Shown here in pieces: positions 1-9,922 of a stretch of DNA of 64,000 nt. The stretch spans positions 153,450,001 through 153,514,000 of the forward strand of contig OX597816.1 of NCBI GenBank assembly GCA_951406725.2. The letters run 5' to 3'. This DNA is from Octopus vulgaris (lineage: Eukaryota). The notes below the pieces were generated by a model. That model made no database searches, was not told the origin of the DNA, and worked only from the letters and a program-made list of their open reading frames with translations. Both the position numbers and the translations under genes were made by a program. Within the stretch, counting starts at the first letter, position 1. Every line of letters begins with the position of its first letter.

Positions 1-785
1 CAGGGCTCCGACAATTATTGGTACTACTACCACCATTTTCAGCGACCATAACTTCTTAACTTCCCACGCTAACCTGGCATATCTATCGACTTTTCTTTCT
101 TCCTTATCGTATACCTTGTTGTCAGTTGGACATGCTATATCTATGATCCAGCATCGTCTGCTTTCTTTCTCAATTAAAACTATATCTAGTTTCCTATTCT
201 CTATCTCATGGTCGCACTGAATCATAAAATCCCATAGGATCTTTGCATTATCGTTTTCTATGATGCCTTTGGGCCTATGTTCTTACCACCTTTTGCTCTC
301 TCAAGTTCGTACTTGTTTCAAAGTGTTCAAGGGAAAATCTTTGCTATACTGTCATGACGTCTCTTATATTCTTTCTGTGCTAGTGGCCTATATTTACTGG
401 TAATGTCATATGGTTTCACCATTTTGTTAACACATTCTGCACTTATCACTTTCTTATGTGTTGTCTATTTTGTATTTGATGTGGTTGGTTCTTAATGCTT
501 GCTCTTGGGCAGCACACATTAGAGCCTTTGTTTTCGGTTTTAATTCACTTTTAGTCATCCATAGCCATCTATTTTCTCTGCCTGTCTTATCTTTAACATC
601 ACTATGAAATTTCCATGCATTCTTTTCTTTATCCACCTATTTTCAGTTTCATTCTTTCTCAAGTCCTTGTACAATGCTTTATCTTCCATCCTATACAAGC
701 TTAACCTTCTTACTTCCAATAATAGTGGTTCTATGACATTTTTCACATACCATGCTATGTTGTTTTCTTCCGCTCTAATGCTATG
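1..785 (-). mobile_element. R4/Dong-type RLE non-LTR retrotransposon fragment (zinc knuckle and RLE region, decayed)
   Basis: Minus-strand translation gives LKPKTKALMCAAQEQALRTN and ...DRYARLAWEVKKLWSLKMVVVVPIIVGAL, homologous to the C-terminus of the 9975 ORF. Bounded by an ATT/ATC tract at ~787-819. Confidence 0.8.
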
Positions 786-819
786 TATTATTATCATCAT
801 CATCATCATCATCATTATT

Positions 820-3175
820 CAGTAGTTTTATTTTTATAACGTGCTTTCACTTCGTTACCAAGCGCAGCTCTGTGTGCTTTGGGAATGTGCTGTGGTTTGC
901 TGTTTTGCTCTTATGGTTACTGTATTGAAAGTGTTTTGCGTAGGATGTGTGCAGTTCCTAGTAGTACAATTTTCTGTATGTTATATATATTTGTAAGTCC
1001 TGGTGATTTTGTTATGTATTTGTCTGAACATTTTTTATCATACCTAATGATAGGAATTGTTTCTGCTTTTAGACTCTACATTCGAATTCCCTGTATTTCC
1101 AGGTTTTTGTATTTTGAAAGTTGATACATCAGTAGGTATTGATACATCAGTTAGAAGGCACTTTTCCTGATGATCTCTGACAACTATATCTGGCCTCTTT
1201 TCCTTAATTTCTCTATTTGTGTGTATTGGCATAACCCATGTTATTGTTGCTTTCTCATTTTCTGTAACCCTTTCTGGCGTGTGCCTATACCATCATATTT
1301 CTCTTGTTATTCCGTAGAGTTGGCATAGCTTCTAGTACATGTAGGTCCCAACTCTGTCATGTCTGTAAATATATTCCTTCTTAGCCAGGACTGGGCAGCT
1401 AGAGACAATATGATTTATTGTTTCTTGTCCATCTTCACATATTCTTCAGTTACTTGTTATGTTACTTTTCATGATATGTTTTTAGTAATTTCTGGTGGGG
1501 AAGCTTTGGTCTTGCGCTGCTGTTAAAAACCCTTCAGTACCTGCTTTGACATCTGAGCTTCTCAGCCATTGTTGAGATTTTGCTTTGTCTATTTCTTTCG
1601 CGTTTAGTATAACAGTATTTGCCATGAAGGGGCTTTTCTTGCCATCGTTTTATCATGGCTCGTTGCTGTTCCAGTTTTATTTTAGATTTCAGTTGTTTTA
1701 TAGCTTTTGTTGTTTCTTTTTTTCTTCATATTTGTTAGGTACTATGGCTTCTTATTTTGAATTTGTCAGCTTCCTTAAAGACTGAAAACAGTTTTTTGTT
1801 CGTTTTTTGTGGCTTTTTGTATTAGTTTTCCTTGCTTTTCAACTAGGTATTTTTGTAGTCCTATGGTGATTATTTTGTAATAGCTTTAATAGTTTTCTAG
1901 CTGTATAAGTCCTCTACCACGTTCTATGTCAGATTTCGGGTGATGCATCCTAAATCCTGTCATTATTTTTCTTGTTTTCCTGTCTATTTTGATGAGTTCA
2001 TTTAGTGTCCAGTTAAGAATATTATAGCTGTAACTTATAACTGGGACGGCTAGAGTGTTGATACCTATTATTTTGTTTTTCGCATTGAGCTCAATTTGCT
2101 GTGTTAATCTAACTCGTCTATGGTATCTTTTTATTTTCGCTTATGTTTGTGTGTGTTGTATCGTATCTAGTTCATTAATTCTTAGTATCTGTATGTCTGA
2201 CTTTGGTCTAATTCTTTTATTTCTTTTGCTTTATCTATTTTGATGCTGCTACTCAACTAGTTTTGCTCTTTTCAAAGATGCTTTGGGACATTTTTCTAAG
2301 CTAAATTTCATGTTTATTTCTTTGGTAAATCTATGTAGTGTCTGTAGTAATGATTCCAGCTGTTTATCATTTGTAGCGTTTTAGATCATCATTATATAAG
2401 AAGTGGCTGATTGTTTTGCCGTAACAGTGTATCCGCATCCAGTTTTGTTTAGCATGTCAGATAGATGTGTCACTGTCAAATAGAAAAGGAGTGGAGAGAG
2501 CGTGTCTCCCTGGAATATACCTCTTCTAATGGGAGTGGCTTTGGTGTTTTAAGTCCCTCTTTTGGCTGGAGCTGTAGCACTGTCTGCAATTTATTCATGA
2601 AATGTGTTATATATTTTATGATTATTGGTGCTACCTTGCTCATAGCAAGTGTTTCTAGAATCTATGTGTGGGGAATACTATCAAAAGCTTTTCGGTAAAC
2701 GATCCCGGCCCTACTTAGACCTTTCTTCTTTCTGCGGCTGTCTTCAGTTATGACTTTATTGATCATTAGTTGATCTTTACAGTGGTATGAGCTCTTGCAG
2801 CAGCCCTTCTGCTCTTCTAGAAACAGGTTGTTTTCTTCTAGATGCTTGATCATTCTCTGCGATAGTATTGCAGTAAAGGCTTTGTAAATTGTAGGGAGAG
2901 AAGTGATTGGTCTGTAATTTTGTGGATTTGCCGTTTCAGTGGATTTGGGAATTAGGATAGTTTTCCCTTCCGTGAGCCATTCAGGCATTGTCTCTGATTC
3001 TGCCAGTATTTCATCAAATTTCTCAGCCAGCTTTTATGCGTTTCTGTCAGATTTTTTAACCAGAAGTTGGGGATCATATCGTGCCCGGCTGCCTTCCAGT
3101 TGCTTAGTTTTTGTAGCGCGTGGTTGACCTCTTTAGTTGTTATAAAGGTCCACAGTTGCTCAGGTGCTGAGTTAG
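820..3175 (-). mobile_element. R4/Dong-type RLE retrotransposon, 5'-truncated, pseudogenized
   Basis: ORF remnants PEWLTEGKTILIPK..NYRPITSL..EEQKGC..KAFDSIPH (RT), KRPDIVVRD..LLTDVSIP (RLE) and QKIVLLGTAHILRKTLSIQ*. TAA-type tracts on both sides. The 3' end is repeated at 29648-29830. Confidence 0.85.
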
Positions 3176-3178
3176 TTG

Positions 3179-3228
<50 letters not shown>

Positions 3229-3230
<2 letters not shown>

Positions 3231-3600
3231 CTTCGTAACAGTTGGTAAAATGCACAGGAGTCTTCAGTCATCTGACAAGTCACAACAAGGACCTCAGACA
3301 GATAACACTTTCATTAAGATGTGCGTTGTGTCCAATAAGGCTGCTTTTTGCAAGACATCAGTTTTGCATGGGATTTCCAGTTGCCCTAAGAAGTATTGAA
3401 GTTTCAATGGGATTGAGCCCAACGCTCCGATCACCACTGGTATCACTTTTACATTATTATCTCGCATTCCATACAGTTTTGCCATTTCCACTTTCAATTC
3501 GGAGTACTCGGTGATTTTTTCAACCTATTTACTCACAACATTCATGTCATTTGGTATGGCTATACCAATGATCTTACAGTATTTGTCTCTCTTATTCAAT
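3229..3600 (-). mobile_element. R4/Dong-type RLE element, 3' fragment
   Basis: ORF 3294-3497 reads VIPVVIGALGSIP...LQKAALLDTTHILMKVLSV. Followed on its own strand by (TAA)n at 3180-3228. Confidence 0.8.
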
Positions 3601-3601
3601 A

Positions 3602-5136
3602 CTAGCAGTATAGCGGCTTTGCTCGAGATTAAGTTATGATTATTAAGCTAATCAAGCTCTTTATTTCAAAGCAAACTAAGTAGCATCGACGTCAAATTTG
3701 AGTGAAATCCGTTGAAATTGGTAAACTTTTGGCTGAAATTTTGCAGACAATTTGATTGGGAAATCCCATAAGGAATCGGTTTATCGATTTTTTTCCACCT
3801 ATCGATTCATTTTTTTTTTTTTTTCGTTTTTGGAGAACTTAAAGCATTCAAAGATCCCATGAATCCTAAGTAATTCTGGCATCAAGTTTGAACAAAATAC
3901 ATCAAAATTGGTAGACGTTATGGTTGAAAAGAGTCAGATCTCTCCTTTCGAAAACATGGACAGTTTTGAAACATTGTTTACAAAATGCAAATTTGTAAAC
4001 ACCCAGACGTAAGTTGCGTAAGTTCGAATAGAGAGATAAACCTTCTCCCACAGAGATGTGAGAGTCAGATCTCTCCTTTCGAAAACATGAACAGCTTTGA
4101 AACATTGTTTACAAAATAATAGCTGATCATTTGCGAAGGAGCGTGTCTACAGTCAATACGTAGGTCTTTTGCTCTGGTAACCTCTGCTCTCTCCCATGTT
4201 CACGCATGACCAGCTATATATCGCTATGAGTAGAGCAACGGATTCAGCTAATTTGGAAATTAGTTGTGGAGAAACGGAGACAATCGTTTATATTGTGTGT
4301 ATATATATATATAATCAAAAAAGGGTAATAACATAGATTACTACCAGTGGCCCAGCACAAAAGACGAATTAGTCATTAGACAAAATATTATTCATATAGA
4401 AAAATATTATTCATATAGAAATATAATCAAGGGCTCCTAAATAAGGGATAAATTCATCGAGAGTGAAAATCAAAAACATTTACCATTAACGATATATCCC
4501 GGACTGATCAGTTTCTACCTCTTTCTAGCAAAACAGACATAATATGTTTGCTAAGGCCGGTTTCATCAGCGAGACGCCTTTGTTAAATCGAGATGCAGAG
4601 AGCGTTAGACCATGTGTTGATCTAAACAACTTGTAAATCTTGACTTTTCAAACCTCTGCGCAGACGCAAAATCTACCCGGTGATATAGGGCATGCCGGGG
4701 AAAAAAAAATATATATATATGTATACAGGCAACACACACACACATTGCATACATGTGTTTTATACGCATACATGTTCGTGTGTGTGACTGAAGTAATCCA
4801 CACATACATACATAACAACACCTGTCTGTCTGTTTTTGCCAGTCAATCACTCAGTAAAAAGAAGAAATTTAAAAAATCTGTTATCTCTCTCTCTTTCCCT
4901 CCCCCCTCTTTACACCGTCGCTAGCAGGGGACTTAACTCATGTTTGTATAAACGATGGTGGATTTCACCGCCGTGAAAATTGTTAAGTTATGGTCGAAAA
5001 TTTGTTTTTACCGCTATTCGCTGGTGCGTCGGGGGAAAATATTTTGAAAAAAATACAGCTCGGATCATGACGAATGTCCTCCTAAAATTGGTGCGACATG
5101 CGTGCTAATTTATGGACGTGCATAAATTACACTCAC

Positions 5137-5180
<44 letters not shown>

Positions 5181-5199
5181 TCTGCTGTTTATACATATA
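3602..5199 (-). mobile_element. Non-autonomous Helitron (family H1) with an internal Penelope-like insertion
   Basis: CTAG 3' terminus at 3602-3605 preceded by a GC-rich hairpin remnant. Inverted homolog of 22545-23662 over its length. Pif1 motif remnant at ~4195-4297. Confidence 0.75.
4496..4575 (-). ncRNA. Type I hammerhead ribozyme motif (Penelope-like pLTR type)
   Basis: Minus strand reads GUCUCG-CUGAUGA-AACC...GGUA-GAAAC-UGAUCA-GUC-CGGGAU. Stem I is 6 bp, stem II is long (UUAGCAAA/UUUGCUAG), stem III is palindromic and the cleavage triplet is GUC. Confidence 0.75.
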
Positions 5200-5200
5200 C

Positions 5201-5650
5201 ACCGGCCGACGGTGTTCGATTACACGATCTGTCTGAAAATCATAGTTCCAGAGTATCGTTACTTTTCCATCCTCCGTCATAACTTTTTCTTTTCTTATAC
5301 AATGTTCTATACTAATTAGTCATCTGCCACCATTCTTTCTTTTCATACACAGTCTATTTACGTTGGTTTTAAAGTGTAACACCCCATGCAGCGTCATCAA
5401 TTTTCTCGCCCTTCTATCCAGTGCTTATATTTCCCCCTTAGTCCATTTGAGGATGGACGCACTATATCTGACCACCGCAACTATCCAGATATTCATTGCG
5501 GTAATCAAGGTTTTGGCATTCAGGTTGAATTTTAACACATCTTCACCATTTTTTGATACGCCTCGCTGATCTTGACTTTCATTTCTCTGTGTAGAATGTC
5601 ATCCAGCTCCAAAATCCCTAAATATCTATACCCACTACCGTTGGGTATAA
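5201..5650 (-). mobile_element. R4/Dong-type RT thumb fragment
   Basis: YRYLGILELDDILHREMKVKI...LNAKNLITAMNIW..VVRYS aligns with YKYLGVIEGNGIRHSEMKERI...LNARNRIEAINAL of the 9975 ORF. Confidence 0.7.
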
Positions 5651-6725
5651 TCCTATAGTTTTTGGCACCTGCTCTGCTTCCCCCTTTATGGATTAGGCAT
5701 ATTATTCTCTCTTTCAGCTTGCTTGGCAGCCTGCCATTTGCAAGAAAGCAGTGGAAGAGAATCTGTAGAGGTTTTGTCAAGGCATGCTTACACGATTTAA
5801 GAAGGATTACTGAGAAACCATCAGGACCAGCAGTTGAGTTTGCATCCACCTCATCTATGGCTAGTAGTATATCTTCTTCGCAAATGTCGATATATTCCAT
5901 CGTAACTGCTTCGCTGGTTATAGGTGAGGCGGCAAAGAAATCCTCTGGTTCGTTCGCTTGTCTATGTTCCAACGGAGTGGTAAAGACACTCTTGAACTGG
6001 TCATTCAGTACCTCACTGATCCTGGTTGGACTATCTGTGAGGGAGCCATCCTTTTAGAAGAGGGGTCCTATCTTGCAGCGTACTGAGGATGTTTTTTTCG
6101 CATGAGGAAAGAAGGCCTTTGGGCCTGACTTAATGTATTTTATACCCCAGGCTTCTTTGTCTGCTCTCTCCTTCACATAGTATTGTTGCAGGCTTTTTTC
6201 AATCTCCATCAATGTTTTTAGGCGGGACCTTTCGCTACTTTTGAAATGTTGGCTGAGGCGATTTGCAACCTTCGACCGTCGTCTCAAGAGGATCTTCCAC
6301 TCCCTTGGAATCTTGTTCCTTTTTGTGCTGGTCTTGTGATCTGGGACATATTTCTGGCATATGGTTTGCATAACAGACATGCAATATTCTAGTTTCATAT
6401 CAATGTCTGGTGTGGAGAGATATTTCGGCCAGTCCCATCTGAGGATTTCTTTTTGGATCGATCTCCAGTCTGCTTTGTGGAAGTTCAGACTGGAGAGATT
6501 TTGGGTGCATCCTTTAGGCTGTATGTTCTGGCTACTTTTGGATCATACATAGAGAGCTCTATTATGTTCTGATCCGAGACTAATGTTGGCGTCACTTTCA
6601 CACCATGGACGATGTCCATAATGTTTGTGAAGCAGAGATCCTAAATGTTGTTCGCCCTAGTTGGTTTGAGTACAATTTGTACAACTTGCTCCATGAATAG
6701 GACATTGGTGAGATTGAACAGGGAC
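5651..6725 (-). mobile_element. APE-type LINE fragment (CR1/Jockey-like; endonuclease C-terminus to RT N-terminus)
   Basis: AGPDGFSVILLKSCKHALTKPLQILF..GRLPSKLK..IHKGGSRAGAKNYR (RT domain 0/1). PTRANNI*DLCFTN and SDQNII match the APE end. Confidence 0.7.
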
Positions 6726-6793
6726 TATATATATTTATATGTGTGTATGTGTGTGTGTTATATGTATATCGAAACATACATACATATATACTA

Positions 6794-7911
6794 TAGGCTT
6801 TCACTTCATACACGCCAGCTCAATTTGATTCGTTCTCAGTCGTATTTGTAATTGTGTACCATTTTCTCCGCTTTTTTGTCTTTGTTGCCGTACACATTCG
6901 CTAGCTTTCTTACAAAAATATCTAATGCTCTTGGCTTTGACTTTTGCGGGGAAACCAGATCGAACTGTCTCAAGCGGAACTGCCCGAAACTGTAAGGACT
7001 TCTGATAACTTGACTGAGGAAAGGCCACGAATGACCTGTCTTTTTTTGCCTGTCCTTCTAATTGTTGTTTCTCCTATCCGCCTTTGTATAGTCTATCTGT
7101 CCGAATGTTTTATTGTCCTCTACTGCGTTTTTGTTTCATTTTTAATATTTATATATACATATAGCGGGGTACGCACACACTTTTGCTCACCTTATAGTAG
7201 GTATGTATCTAAATTTTATACGACTCTTACTCTATCTTTTAGTTCCCCTCAAACTGTCTTCCTCTTTTCTTTTTCTCGCTCCTCCTCTGTCACTCTCACA
7301 TCTCTTAGTCCTTTCTTTCTCTAACACTCACTTTTCCCCACGATTATCTCCCCTGTACCTTTCCTTTGTTTCTGATTATTTTTTTTAATCCTTCAATCCT
7401 GCTTCCCCCTACCCATTTCTCCTCCTTCCATGTGAGTGGTGTCCGACCAGGCATGATCTTTCTTTCTTGGCCTGAGTGCCGACCGACAACATCTCTTATG
7501 TCCATCTCCTATGTTCCTGCCTTTAGGTTTTCACTTCATACACGTCAGCTCAATTTGATTCGTTTTCAGTCAAAAGACACCTGTAGTTATTTTCTTGTTG
7601 TTTCTATTCGTAATTGTGTACCATGTTCTCCGTTTTTCGTCTTTGTTGCCATACACATTCGCTAGCTTTCTTACAAAAAAAATCTAATGGTCTTAGCTTA
7701 GACGTGGGTGGGGGACCAGATCGAACTGTCTCAAGTGTAAATGCCCGAAAGAGTAAGGACTTCTGGTAACTTGATTGAGGAAAGAAGGCCACGAATGACC
7801 CGTCTATTTTTGCCTGTCCTTCTAATTGTTCTTTCTCCTATCCGCCCTTGTATCGTCTATCAGTCCGAAGGTTTTATTGTCCTCTACTGCGCTTTTGTTC
7901 CATTTTTTATA

Positions 7912-7915
<4 letters not shown>
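6794..7915. repeat. Diverged direct-repeat pair (~6794-7150 and ~7523-7915) around a pyrimidine-rich spacer; possibly Penelope-like pseudo-LTRs
   Basis: Both copies start TAGG(C/T)TTTCACTTCATACACG(C/T)CAGCTCAATTTGATTCG and end ...CATTTTT(A/T)ATATT before TA repeats. Confidence 0.6.
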
Positions 7916-7965
<50 letters not shown>

Positions 7966-7967
<2 letters not shown>

Positions 7968-8265
7968 TGTAGGCGTGATTGTCTGGTCTGGAGCTTGCTT
8001 TCCAACCACATGGTTCCGGGTTCATTCCCACTGCGTGGAACCTTGGGCAAGTGTCTTCTGTTATACCCTTGGACCAACCAGAGCCTTGTGAGTGGATTTG
8101 GCAGACGGAAGCAGAAAGAAGCGTGATGTATATCTATATCTACCTATCTATCTATGTGTGTGTGTTAGTCCCTCATCATCGCTTGTCAATCGGTGTTGGG
8201 GTGTTTACGTTCCCGTAAACTAGCGGTTCAGCAAAAGCGACTGATAGAATAAGTACTAAGATTTA
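7966..8265 (+). mobile_element. tRNA-derived SINE (related copy on the minus strand at ~25745-25890)
   Basis: B-box-like GGTTCATTCCC. Body GCCTTGTGAGTGGATTTGG is shared with the reverse complement of 25745-25890. Confidence 0.7.
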
Positions 8266-8346
8266 AAAAAAGTACACCTCTCAATTGCCATATTAGAAAG
8301 AGATTAATCTATCTTTTTCCAACAACACACACACACACACACGCAT

Positions 8347-8434
<88 letters not shown>

Positions 8435-9269
8435 TTAAAGACAGAAAATGTAATATTTTTACAGATAAGGGTGATTAAATGGCGGATATTTGGGGTGGTA
8501 AATAATTTGTCTTACTATATTATAACTAACCCGTTTGATTATTTTAACATCTAACTTACATCCCCTTAGTATTGTGCGAGTGTATGTGAATAAGTCTTAA
8601 TAATATGAAAGCATACAAAGTAATCTAGAAAATATTTTCATGGCATCACTTCAAATCACCGAAACAGTAAAGCGTGTTATTCCGTTAAATCTAAGATTAA
8701 CTCAACTAACAAAATTTGCTGTATATACATACCCAGATATATAAATGTACTTATAAAAATTCTCTCACATACATACGGTATACTAAATATCTTTCTCTCT
8801 CTCCACACACACACACACATACACACGCACACACACACCAATATAACATGCAGTCAAATTCAATGCCTGTTACTGCATCATCATGTTGCTTCTATCGCCT
8901 ATCTACATCTACCACGTCCATCACCATCATAACTTGTACAAGTTCTCTCAGACTCCCTCGCTCAACTAATGTTACTTTCAAATTCCCTTTCAAGCATCAT
9001 GCCCACTACACATTTACTCAACAACAATAATAAAAGCAACAATTACCTGCAATACGTGCCTGCGCGCGCGCATGTGTGCTTTCTGTCGCGAAAGTCAACC
9101 AATTTCAGTTCAAGAATTAATAGGATTTCACGTAGAATCTACGTCTAATCTGTTCTTCAGAACAGAATATTCACTAATGACTTGCAATTCCTTGCCATAA
9201 TTGCGACCACTAAGCTTTTAATCTTAGAGACGTTTACAACAAACCGATCCGCTAAATTCTTCAACATCA

Positions 9270-9636
9270 AAAACCCCCATCTCATCATCACTACCACTAC
9301 CGTTCCCCCAACAACAACAATCGCCAATAATATCATAGCTACTGAAAGTATCTTAATCAGTAGCATCAACGACACAACTGCCATTATCACCATCAAGGTC
9401 ACCATCACGTTCACCACCAACACCATCATTAACTCTTACCAACAACACTATTGTTATTATCACCATCAACGCTACGCTATCTTCAACATCGCCACAATCT
9501 CCACCACCTCTACCGTCACCATAACATCATCACCACTACTACCATGAACATCAATACCATTACCACAACACCCATCACGCCCAACAACATTACCAGTACC
9601 TCCACCATAACCATTACTACCGCCACGACCACTTGA
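9270..9636. repeat. Degenerate CAC/CAT/ACC trinucleotide low-complexity tract
   Basis: Visible imperfect trinucleotide periodicity. It produces spurious T/I/H-rich ORFs. Confidence 0.7.
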
Positions 9637-9865
9637 AAGGTAAAACCTACTTTGAAGTCTCTGCCTGGTAGTTTTACCTGGTAAAAATAGCAACCAAATC
9701 TCCAACATATCATACTCACATATTTTTAAAACTATAAAAATTTGACACAGTTAACATAGTTGTCGATACGATATGCCTGAAAAGCAATGGAATGTCATCG
9801 GCTAAAATCATTTGAATATATTCATGAATGATGAGTGGTTAATTAACAGCAACATTTCTACCTCC

Positions 9866-9921
<56 letters not shown>

Positions 9922-9922
<1 letters not shown>

